Assembly (NCBI GenBank): GCA_965215505.1
Contig: OZ244065.1
Span: 4,608,001-4,672,000, forward strand
Reading direction: 5' to 3'
Length of the DNA stretch: 64,000 nucleotides
Source of the DNA: Capsulimonadaceae bacterium
GTDB lineage: Bacteria; Armatimonadota; Armatimonadia; Armatimonadales; Capsulimonadaceae
Shown: in pieces, positions 55,818 through 64,000 of the stretch
Position numbering within the stretch: position 1 is the stretch's first letter
Layout of the letters: each line of letters opens with the position of its first letter
Notes under the pieces: generated by a model
Told to the model about the DNA's origin: nothing
The model's input: only the letters and a program-made list of their open reading frames with translations
Database searches by the model: none
Program-made: the position numbers and the translations under genes

Positions 55818-56648
55818 ATGCACCGAAGACCAAATGACAGACTGACGGGAACACGCACCGCACGCACGGCGGCGCTGACGGCGCTCATTGGCGTGATGCT
55901 CGGCACCGCCGCCCTGGCACAGTTCGGGGGACCGCCCCCACCCGGAGGCCCGCGGTTCGGCGGCCCCAGGGGCGGCAGTCCCGGTGGTGGCGGGCCGGGG
56001 CGCGGGATGCGCGGCCCGCGCGCATCCACCGCCGCCACCGCTCCTCTACCCGCGCTGACCGCGGGCCTGAGACTGACAGCGGAACAGCAGGCGAAGATCG
56101 CCCGGATTCAATCCACGTTCAGCGGCCAGCGCCGGAGCATGATGCCCCCGCCGCCCCCGCCCGGCGGCCCGCCGCCCGACTTCAGGGCCATGGGCGCGGC
56201 CTTCGACCGGATGCGTGCAATGGAGCAGAGCGCCGACGCCAGTGTCCAGGCTGTCCTGACCGCCCAACAGCGCGCCGCCCTGCCGGGCCTGCTCCGGACT
56301 CTGGACGACCTGCGGACGGCCGGCATTCCTCCCGCCACCTATGGCGCGCTGCACCTGACCACGGCCCAGACCGCGCGCATCACCGGCATGGCCCAGGCCT
56401 TGCAGCAGGCCACGCGCCAGGCGATGGCCGCCCCGCCCGCAGGCGGCGACCCCCGCTCGGCGATGCGGGCGGGGCGTGACCGCCTGGCGGCCCAGGCCGC
56501 CGCCGTGCTGACGCCGACCCAGCGGGCAATCGTGGACAAGTACAAAGCCGCCCACCCGCGCCCCGCCTTCGGCGAACCCGGCGGCCCGCGCGGCGGCGGT
56601 TTCGGCGGCCCACCGGGAGGCCCGCCGCCCTTCGAGCGGCGGTCGTAG
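55818..56648 (+). CDS. Spy/CpxP-like periplasmic protein with Gly/Pro-rich ends
   Basis: Signal peptide; LTxxQ motifs LTAEQ, LTAQQ, LTTAQ, LTPTQ; divergent from the two-component genes. Confidence 0.8.
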   Translation: MHRRPNDRLTGTRTARTAALTALIGVMLGTAALAQFGGPPPPGGPRFGGPRGGSPGGGGPGRGMRGPRASTAATAPLPALTAGLRLTAEQQAKIARIQSTFSGQRRSMMPPPPPPGGPPPDFRAMGAAFDRMRAMEQSADASVQAVLTAQQRAALPGLLRTLDDLRTAGIPPATYGALHLTTAQTARITGMAQALQQATRQAMAAPPAGGDPRSAMRAGRDRLAAQAAAVLTPTQRAIVDKYKAAHPRPAFGEPGGPRGGGFGGPPGGPPPFERRS

Positions 56649-56678
56649 GAGCGTCTGCATCGGGGTATACTCCTCCCC

Positions 56679-57731
56679 ATGCACGAGACGCTGAACGCGA
56701 CACTGCTGAACGGGACGCTCTGGAAAAACATCGCCGCCGCCTACGACCTCGGGGCGTGGGACGAACCGCCCCGCGCCGTCACGGGAGGCCTGAAGCACCG
56801 GCTCTACCACGCCCGAACGGCGCGGGGCGAGTACGCCGTCAAGGTGCTTAACCCGCGCCTTTTGCGAGGGATGGGCCGGCTCGCGCGCTACAAGCGGGCG
56901 GAACAGATCGCGCAGGAGGCGGCGCGGGCGGGCCTGCCCGCCGTCTGTGCCCTGCCCGGCCCCGACGGGCCGGTGCAGAGGGTCGGCCCCGACACGGTCA
57001 TGGTGTTCCCCTGGCTCTCGGGGACCATCCTGCCTCCCGGCCCCGCCTCCCCCGAGGCGGCCCGGCAGATGGGCGTCCTGCTGGGGCGGCTGCACTCCCT
57101 GGCACCGGACGTCCCCGGCCTGGAGCCTCCCCCGTCGCTGCACTTCTCCGACGCCTACTGGGCGAGGCTGGTCCGGCAGGGTCGGGAGGACGGCGTGATC
57201 TGGGCCGACCCGGTCGGGGACGCCCTGCCGGAGCTGAAGTGCTGGAGCGCGGCGGTCCGCCATGCGCGGGAGGCCCTGGGGCCGGGTTGGACGGCGACGC
57301 ACCGGGATATGGACCAGAAGAACATCCTGTGGAGCGACCCGCACACGCCCCACCTGCTGGACTGGGAGGAGGCCGGGGCGATGCCTTCCGCCCTGGAGGT
57401 CATGGGGACCGCCCTCAACTGGGCCGGTCAGTCGGCAGGACCGCCTGACGCCCAGGCGTTCGCGGCCTTCCTTGACGGCTACCGCGTTGCCGCCCCCCTG
57501 GACCCGGATGCCCTGAGACACGCCGCCGTCGCCGTGCTGGACAAGTGGCTGGTCTGGCTCGACTTCAACCTGCAACGCTCCCTGCGCGCCGCCCGGACGC
57601 CGCCCGACGAGCTGGCGACCGCAAACGGGGCGGTCTCACACGCCCTCGCCACCCTGCATTCGCTGGACGCCGACACGCCGCGCCGGCTGGCCTGGTGCGA
57701 TGCCGTCACGGCTTCCAGCCCAGATCCGTAG
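56679..57731 (+). CDS. Aminoglycoside phosphotransferase-like (APH/ChoK) kinase
   Basis: YAVK, HRDMDQKNIL, LLDWEEAG. Confidence 0.85.
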   Translation: MHETLNATLLNGTLWKNIAAAYDLGAWDEPPRAVTGGLKHRLYHARTARGEYAVKVLNPRLLRGMGRLARYKRAEQIAQEAARAGLPAVCALPGPDGPVQRVGPDTVMVFPWLSGTILPPGPASPEAARQMGVLLGRLHSLAPDVPGLEPPPSLHFSDAYWARLVRQGREDGVIWADPVGDALPELKCWSAAVRHAREALGPGWTATHRDMDQKNILWSDPHTPHLLDWEEAGAMPSALEVMGTALNWAGQSAGPPDAQAFAAFLDGYRVAAPLDPDALRHAAVAVLDKWLVWLDFNLQRSLRAARTPPDELATANGAVSHALATLHSLDADTPRRLAWCDAVTASSPDP

Positions 57732-58860
57732 CCAGCGCCGCTTCCAGCTTCTCCGCCATCAGTGCGTCCGTTTTGACGCTCGGGTGCCAGTCCGCCCCGA
57801 AGCCGTTCTTCCCGCCGTCCTGCGTCTCGAAGACGAGCAGCCGAACATTCTTGTCCCCCGCCGCGTTCTCGTCCGCCACGACCTGCGAGAGATATGACTT
57901 AGCGATGGCCCCAGCCTCGCCCCCCATCATGGGGCTGGTAGCGCAATAAACGGCCGCGCGCGGGTAGTTCGCGCGGACGCGCGTCAGGAACGCCTCGTAC
58001 CCGCCCGTCCAGCCTTTGCGGTCGGGAGTGCCGCCGTTGAAGTCGTTCGTGCTGAGGGTGATGACGACGGCATCCGGCGTCCAGCGCGCGAAGTCCCACC
58101 GGCTGCCCGGATCGAGCGGCAGGGCCAGGTCGTAGATCTCGCCCATCGTGTTCTTCGGCCACATGGTCCGCCCCGACCAGGCGAGGCAGGCGTAGTCCGC
58201 ATTCAGCGCGCGGGCGGCGACGGCCCCGTAGCTGAGGAAGGCGTTCTCGGTCGCGGCCGTGAACTTCTCGTGCTGGTCTTTGGCCTCGTTGCCGTAGCCG
58301 CAGCTGATCGAGTCGCCGATCACCTCCAATCTGTGCTTGGGCCTGGGCGGAGGTGGAAGCAGCCTGCCGCCCCGCGCGACCTGGAAGCCTAAAAACTGCG
58401 TCGTCCCGAAGAACGCCTCGGTGCGCTTGACCAGCGTGACCGTGTGCGGGGCGTCGTCGGTGCTGTGGTAAACGCCGTAAAGGTGCGCTCCACCCCTCGT
58501 CACCAGCACGGCGGACGGCTTGCCGTCCACGGTGACCTCGTACTCGTCGTTGTTCGTGTCTGCCAGCCTGACGTTCAGCCCCGTTCCCGTAAGTCGCAGC
58601 GTCACCGCGCTGGCGGGCCAGGCACAGCGCGGCCCGTCAATGTCGCGCAGGTCGAAGCGGCCTTCATACCGGATGCGCGGGTCGGTGGGCGCGACGGCGT
58701 AGGCCAGCGGCGCGGCGTCCCCGGCGGCGGGAGTGGGCGCAGGCGCGGCCTGCTGGGCGCGGCCCGCCGCGCCTAGGGTGAAGAGCGCTCCCGCCAGCAG
58801 CAGGGCAGGGGAACGAAAAGCGGGCGGGGGAACCCCGCCCCTACGCATTGTGGTCGTCAT
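57706..58860 (-). CDS. SGNH/GDSL carbohydrate esterase (CE2-like)
   Basis: IRYEGRF, KRTE, IGDSISCGYG, AWSG, TND, DWHPS. Confidence 0.88.
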   Translation of the reverse strand: MTTTMRRGGVPPPAFRSPALLLAGALFTLGAAGRAQQAAPAPTPAAGDAAPLAYAVAPTDPRIRYEGRFDLRDIDGPRCAWPASAVTLRLTGTGLNVRLADTNNDEYEVTVDGKPSAVLVTRGGAHLYGVYHSTDDAPHTVTLVKRTEAFFGTTQFLGFQVARGGRLLPPPPRPKHRLEVIGDSISCGYGNEAKDQHEKFTAATENAFLSYGAVAARALNADYACLAWSGRTMWPKNTMGEIYDLALPLDPGSRWDFARWTPDAVVITLSTNDFNGGTPDRKGWTGGYEAFLTRVRANYPRAAVYCATSPMMGGEAGAIAKSYLSQVVADENAAGDKNVRLLVFETQDGGKNGFGADWHPSVKTDALMAEKLEAALATDLGWKP

Positions 58861-60947
58861 GGCGATGTCTGTCTCCCGTAATAAACCCCGCGCCCGTTCG
58901 TGCCCACGAAGACCAGCCCGAACGTGTCAAAACTCGCCGCCATCGCGTTCGGCGCATCGCCGACCGGCTCGCGAGGATCGTTGATCCCCTCCCAGGAGAC
59001 CCCGCCGTCCAGCGACCGGAAGAGGCCCTGCCGCCCGTCGGCCAGCGCGCCGTCCAAATACAGCGCCGCGCCCGTGTGCCCCGGCGCGGCCTTGCCGACG
59101 GCGAACAAAGATGCCTGTTTGACGGCGGGCATTGAATGGAACGTCAGGCCGCCGTCGGCTGAGTGGGACAGGCCCGCATCGCCGAAGGCCAGCCACACGT
59201 CGCCCGCCTGCCCTGGCACGGTCACAAGGGCCTGGCCGCCGTTCGGCAGGTCCGAAGCGGTGACGGTGAAAGACGCGCCGCCGTCCACGCTCTTGTAGAC
59301 CTTGCCATTGTGATAGACATAGAAGACGTCCGCCAAGGCCCCGTCGGCGGCCAGCGGCGTCTGCCAGTTCCAGACGCCGCCGATCAGGCCATCCGGCAGG
59401 CCCGCCACGTTCTGCCAGGAGTGGCCGCCGTCGCGAGTCACCAGGGCTGGGCCTGCCCCGACGCGCAGGACGACCATGATGTCCGGGTCAGTGGCCGAGA
59501 CGGCGACGCGCGCCGCCAGTATCTTCGCGTCCCAGGCCGGGAAGCTTTCCCAGGTCCGCCCGCCGTCACGCGAGAGCGCGCCGCCCCCCGTCTTGTTCCA
59601 CGGCACCACGCCCGCCCGCGCGACGCGGCCCGGCTGGGAGGCGCACCAGGCGATGCCTTCCGTATACCCGAACGTCGGCCCCTTGCCGCCGAAGTAGCCG
59701 CCGAACCCGTGCGTGGGGAACGTGTCCAGGGCATCATGGACGAACCCGTCCACGTCCGCCGTCCCCGATAGCAGGGGCGGGCCGCCGGGCGGGCAGGCCA
59801 GGGTGAACACGACAAGCTCCTCGTGCCCGCGCTCGTGGTTCGTCAGGACAATGGGGTCGGCATTAACGTCCTCGGTGCGGTAGGTGGCGTACCAGTCGGT
59901 GAGCCAAACGCGGCCCTTCGCGGCGGGACTGAAAGCCACCCCGGCGACATACTGGATACGCTTCATGCCGTCCGCGTACCACGGCACGGAGCTTCGCGTC
60001 ACCGTCTTCTTCTCGGCCCAGGTCGCCCCGCCGTCGCGCGAGCGGAACAGGCGTAGGTGATCGGTCTGCGTCGTCGCCAGCAGATCATGCGGGTCCTGCG
60101 GGTCTACGGAAACGCCGCCAAAGGCCACGGCGACGCCGGGCGGGGTCACGTCCGCCCACGCCGCGCCGTCGTACTTACCAACCCCGTGCGCGTGGGTCGC
60201 ATACAGCGCCCCGTCCGGCGAGGCCGCCAGCCTCTCCACTTCGGCGGGGCCGCCCACCGTCTTGTGCCAGGTCAGGCCGTCATCGCCGGACTCGTACACG
60301 CCCTCTCCGAACGCAGCGGCATAGGCCGCACCGGGTTTTCTCGCCCCGAATGCGACTGCCGAAATGCCCACGCCCTCCTTCCCCGCGCCGGGGGTGGGGA
60401 CGCGCGCCCAGGAGGCCCCGGCGTCCGCGCTCCGCCACAGGCCGTCGTGGCGCGAGCCGAAGAGGAGGACGGACGGGTGGAACGGCGAGACGACCAGGCG
60501 CGGCCCGCCAAAGCGGTGGTCCTCGTTGCCGCCCATTTTAAGGTTTATCGGGAGCTTCTTCCATGTCCGCCCCCTGTCGCCCGACTTGAAGATCGTCCCC
60601 GGCGTCGCCCACTCGTACTCGCCCGCCGCGATATAGACGACGTCGGGGTCGCTCGGGTCGAGTGCCAGCCCCTCGCCGCCGTAGTAGTTGCTCTGATCGC
60701 GCCGCACCCAGTCCATGAGTGGGACCCAGTGCGAGGTCGGGGCGTCCCAGCGGTAGAACCCGCCGACATCGGTGCGGATGTAGACCAAATCTTTCTGCTT
60801 CGGATGGCAGTAGATGTCCGTCACATACCCCCCGCCGCCGATGGCGACGTTCTTCCAGACATAAGGAACGGCAGCAGGAGGAGCGGCGTGGGCACAAGGA
60901 GCGAGGAAGAGCAACGGAAGAAGATAAAGGAGCGGGCGCGTATTCAT
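58857..60947 (-). CDS. GH74 xyloglucanase-like BNR-repeat protein
   Basis: WKNVAIGGGGYV, YIRTDVGG.YRWD, multiple S.D.G.TW Asp boxes, VFVGTNGRGVYYG. Confidence 0.88.
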   Translation of the reverse strand: MNTRPLLYLLPLLFLAPCAHAAPPAAVPYVWKNVAIGGGGYVTDIYCHPKQKDLVYIRTDVGGFYRWDAPTSHWVPLMDWVRRDQSNYYGGEGLALDPSDPDVVYIAAGEYEWATPGTIFKSGDRGRTWKKLPINLKMGGNEDHRFGGPRLVVSPFHPSVLLFGSRHDGLWRSADAGASWARVPTPGAGKEGVGISAVAFGARKPGAAYAAAFGEGVYESGDDGLTWHKTVGGPAEVERLAASPDGALYATHAHGVGKYDGAAWADVTPPGVAVAFGGVSVDPQDPHDLLATTQTDHLRLFRSRDGGATWAEKKTVTRSSVPWYADGMKRIQYVAGVAFSPAAKGRVWLTDWYATYRTEDVNADPIVLTNHERGHEELVVFTLACPPGGPPLLSGTADVDGFVHDALDTFPTHGFGGYFGGKGPTFGYTEGIAWCASQPGRVARAGVVPWNKTGGGALSRDGGRTWESFPAWDAKILAARVAVSATDPDIMVVLRVGAGPALVTRDGGHSWQNVAGLPDGLIGGVWNWQTPLAADGALADVFYVYHNGKVYKSVDGGASFTVTASDLPNGGQALVTVPGQAGDVWLAFGDAGLSHSADGGLTFHSMPAVKQASLFAVGKAAPGHTGAALYLDGALADGRQGLFRSLDGGVSWEGINDPREPVGDAPNAMAASFDTFGLVFVGTNGRGVYYGRQTSP

Positions 60948-60996
60948 CAGCGTTAGTATACCTCTGCGGCAAAAGAACCGGACACTGACCTCCTCC

Positions 60997-61117
60997 GTAG
61001 GGGCGAACCTTGTGTTCGCCCATGCCATACAGGAACCGAATGCCAGGGCAACCACAGGGGGTTGCCCCTACCGGTCAGTCACGCGGTCACCGTAGGGGCA
61101 GGCCCCCGTGCCTGCCC
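60997..61117. repeat. Cluster of three GTAG-type REP variants
   Basis: Forward 60997-61021, reversed 61046-61071, forward 61092-61117. All begin GTAGGGGC and have different palindromic stems. Confidence 0.85.
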
Positions 61118-61263
61118 TTCCTTGCTCCGTGCCTGCCGTTCATCTGCGACGATGCTGACCGGACGCCGGGCATTGACAAACGGGGCCGGCTGTGCTAGAG
61201 TTCCGTACCAATCGCGGTGCCCCGGCTCCTCGCAGCCCCGGCATACGCCCGACGGAAAAACCC

Positions 61264-63750
61264 ATGCCCACCCCTAACCTCACGCCCGCCGCCGACACGG
61301 CCGCCCTGATGCCCCGCCACGGGACCGTCAGCATCAAGCCTGCCGATAATTGGGAAGACGCCCTGGCCGCCGGGAACGGCACGATGGGCGCGCTGCTCTA
61401 CGGGGACCCGCGCCGTGACACGCTCATCGCCGACCACTGCCGACTTTGGCTGCCCGCTGGGTCGCGCGAGGTCCTGCCCGACATGGGACCGGTCCTGCCC
61501 GAGATGCGGCGTATCATCGGCGAACAGGGGTACGACGCCGGGCAGAAGTTCTTCCTGAAGACCGCCCGCGAACAGGGCTGGGGCGGCAGCCTGGTCTGGA
61601 CGGATGCCTTCCACCCCGGCTTCTTCCTCCGAATAGACCAGCCCGAGCCGGGCGCGATCACGGAGTATGCCCGCGTCGAGGACTTCGCGACCGGCGAGGT
61701 CTGGGCGCGCTGGCACACCGAGGCGGGCAATTTTACGCGCCGCCTGTTCGTCTCCAAGACCGATAACGTCATCGTCGTCACGACGACCGGCCCGAAAGGC
61801 AAGGTGTCCCTGAGCGCGGTGATGCAGGAAGTGGACAATGCCCTGATCAAGTCAATGGCCGTCCACGAGGTCGGCTTGATCACCTGCCACAGCGTCTATG
61901 TCCACGGCAAGGGCGGCTACGATGGGGCCATTCGGGTTGTCGCCGAGGGCGGCGTACAGATCAGCGACGGCCACTCCGTCTCCGTCACGGGTGCCGACTC
62001 GGTGACGCTCCTCCTGCATATCATGCCCTGGAAAACGCCCCTGTCGGGCAGCCAGGCGTGGCCCAACTCGCCCGACAACCCGGACTTCACCCGCGCCGCG
62101 CCTCCCACGCGGAATACAGTTCAGGCCGCCGGCACAGCCTACGACCCTCAGTGGATGGAGGCCCTGACGCGCGACCTGAACGCGCTGCCGTCCGGCTACG
62201 ATGCCCTACTGAAGCCCCATGCCGCCGCTTGGGGCGTGCTGTTCGGTCGCGTCTCGGTTGACCTGGGCGGGACGCCCGCCGAGCGCAGCATGTCTTCCGA
62301 GGGCCTGCTGGACCTGGCCCAGAAGGAGCAGCGGCTGCCGCCCGCCCTCCTGGAGCGGATGTACGACGCGGGCCGCTACGTCTTCCTCTGCTCGGCGGGG
62401 CCGGAGACGCCGCCCAACCTGTTCGGCATCTGGACCGGGACATGGCACCCGGCCTGGTCGGGCGACTACACGACCGACACTAACTTGCAACTGGACACGG
62501 AGCTTGCCTACAGCGCCAACCTGGCCGAGTGCATGGACGGCTATTTCAACCTCTGGGACAGCTACGTCCCCGACTTCCAGAGGAACGCACGCGACCTCTA
62601 CGGCTGCCGGGGCATCCTGACCGGCAGCCGCGCCTCGAACAACGGCCTGGCCCTGCACTGGGACGATAGCTGGCCCGGCAACCTGTGGACGCCCGGTGCC
62701 CCCTGGATCGCGCACTGGTACTACGACCACTATTTGTATACGGGTGACAAAGCCTTCCTGCGTGACCGCGCCCTGCCCTGGATGGAGCAGTGCGCGCTCT
62801 TCTATGAAGACTTCCTGATGGGGACCGAGGATGACAGCGGCCACTACACCTTCCGCCCCTCCTTCTCCGCCGAGAACGGCTGGGGGGACAATGCCGCCCA
62901 GGACATCGAGATCGCGCACGAGCTTCTGACAAACCTCATCGCCGGGTGCGAGACGTTGCACGTCAACCCAGAGGGCGTCGCGCGCTGGAAGGCGCTGCTG
63001 GCGAAGCTGCCGCCGCTGCTGATCAACGAGGAGGGGCAGCTCAAGGAGTGGGCGAACCCGACCCAGGGCGAGAAGAACGATCACCGCCACCTGATGCACC
63101 TCTACGGCGCGTTCGAGAGCGGGCAGTTCGGCGAGGAGGCCGACCCAACATTGTTCGAGGCCGCCCGAGTCGCCCTGCACAACCGCGTGGAGGCAAGCAC
63201 CGAAGACGCCACCCACGGCTTCATGCACACGGGCCTTGCGGCGGTCGGCCTGGGCCTGGGCGACCTCGCCTTCGCCCGCGTCGAGCTGCTGGCGAAGCAC
63301 CGCTCGGTCTACCCGAGCCTAGTGGCCGCCCACTTCGGCGGCCCGCGCACGCTCTGCGACGACGGCAACGGCACGACGCCGGAGATCGTCAACCGCATGA
63401 TCGTCCAGTCGAAAATGGGCCGCCTGGAACTCCTGCCCGCCCTCCCCGCTGCACTGCCGAAGGGCACTCTGAGCGGCACGCGGGCGCGCGGCGCTCTCCT
63501 CGTCAACCATGTGACCTGGGACATGAAGGCCGGCACCCTCTCCGCCGTCCTGACCTCGGACGCGGCCCAGACGCTGGCCCTCGTGCTGCCGCCCGACGCG
63601 ACGATAGACAGCCTGACCGTGGACGGCACGGTTCGCCCCGCGACAATGCAGGGCGTCCGCAAGCAGGGCTGCACCCTGCATCTACCCGAAGGCGAGGCCG
63701 TGACGGTCCACGCCCGGTTCCACTTCACGGGGGCCGATGATGCGGCCTAG
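61264..63750 (+). CDS. GH95 alpha-L-fucosidase-like glycoside hydrolase
   Basis: WEDALAAGNG.MGA, GRY, PNL.GIW, W.GDYT.D.N.Q, GQLKEW, HRHLMHLYG, LLPALP. TTGACA promoter at 61173. Confidence 0.9.
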   Translation: MPTPNLTPAADTAALMPRHGTVSIKPADNWEDALAAGNGTMGALLYGDPRRDTLIADHCRLWLPAGSREVLPDMGPVLPEMRRIIGEQGYDAGQKFFLKTAREQGWGGSLVWTDAFHPGFFLRIDQPEPGAITEYARVEDFATGEVWARWHTEAGNFTRRLFVSKTDNVIVVTTTGPKGKVSLSAVMQEVDNALIKSMAVHEVGLITCHSVYVHGKGGYDGAIRVVAEGGVQISDGHSVSVTGADSVTLLLHIMPWKTPLSGSQAWPNSPDNPDFTRAAPPTRNTVQAAGTAYDPQWMEALTRDLNALPSGYDALLKPHAAAWGVLFGRVSVDLGGTPAERSMSSEGLLDLAQKEQRLPPALLERMYDAGRYVFLCSAGPETPPNLFGIWTGTWHPAWSGDYTTDTNLQLDTELAYSANLAECMDGYFNLWDSYVPDFQRNARDLYGCRGILTGSRASNNGLALHWDDSWPGNLWTPGAPWIAHWYYDHYLYTGDKAFLRDRALPWMEQCALFYEDFLMGTEDDSGHYTFRPSFSAENGWGDNAAQDIEIAHELLTNLIAGCETLHVNPEGVARWKALLAKLPPLLINEEGQLKEWANPTQGEKNDHRHLMHLYGAFESGQFGEEADPTLFEAARVALHNRVEASTEDATHGFMHTGLAAVGLGLGDLAFARVELLAKHRSVYPSLVAAHFGGPRTLCDDGNGTTPEIVNRMIVQSKMGRLELLPALPAALPKGTLSGTRARGALLVNHVTWDMKAGTLSAVLTSDAAQTLALVLPPDATIDSLTVDGTVRPATMQGVRKQGCTLHLPEGEAVTVHARFHFTGADDAA

Positions 63751-64000
63751 AACATTTGGCCTCGCCTGTGCCCTCGCCGCCTTGACCATCATCTGCGGCT
63801 GCCGAAACCCCGCCCGCTGTGCCCCCACCTTCGTCCGCAGCCAGGGGACGCGGATGATGCTCGGCAAGACTCCGTTCCAGCCCCGAGGCGTCAACCTGGG
63901 CAACTGGCTGGTGCCGGAGCCTTACATGATGGGCGGCGGCCACTCCAACGAGCAGATCCGACTGGCGCTCCGATCCGCCGCCGGGAGCGAGGCGAACTAT
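63737..64000 (+). CDS. GH5-family glycoside hydrolase, N-terminal part (runs off the window)
   Basis: My translation: signal peptide, then FVRSQGT...RGVNLGNWLVPEPYM; open to the window end. Confidence 0.8.
   Translation, partial: MMRPRTFGLACALAALTIICGCRNPARCAPTFVRSQGTRMMLGKTPFQPRGVNLGNWLVPEPYMMGGGHSNEQIRLALRSAAGSEANY

Overview
GC-rich bacterial chromosomal window. The gene content suggests a soil Armatimonadota-like diderm: a DUF1559/H-X9-DG protein, zf-HC2 anti-sigma/ECF pairs, a PilT paralogue and a TonB system. This taxonomy is inference only. Housekeeping genes (murB, nagA, typA) are interleaved with accessory modules: a decayed toxin-antitoxin/Fic locus, a TetR-epimerase pair, an AraC-PhyH pair, an ExbB-ExbD-ExbD-TonB-TBDR-lipoprotein cluster, a ~13 kb general-stress island with three matching SigB/SigF-like promoters, a two-component system and a plant-glycan (CE2/GH74/GH95/GH5) cluster. 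The most striking unexplained system is a minus-strand four-gene operon at 20773-23638. It encodes a degenerate ATP-grasp protein, an intact MvdC/MvdD/RimK-like ATP-grasp ligase, a 211-aa protein built from ~27 Lys-Asp/Glu repeat units, and a 64-aa protein that repeats the putative leader motif of that substrate. It is a candidate new RiPP or isopeptide cross-linking system. Also notable: two atypical tRNA genes with an extra acceptor-stem pair leading an SDR-LRR operon, a truncated REP-associated tyrosine transposase with its GTAG-type REPs spread across the window, and an inorganic pyrophosphatase homologue missing many catalytic residues. All calls come from reading motifs by eye; no database searches were run.
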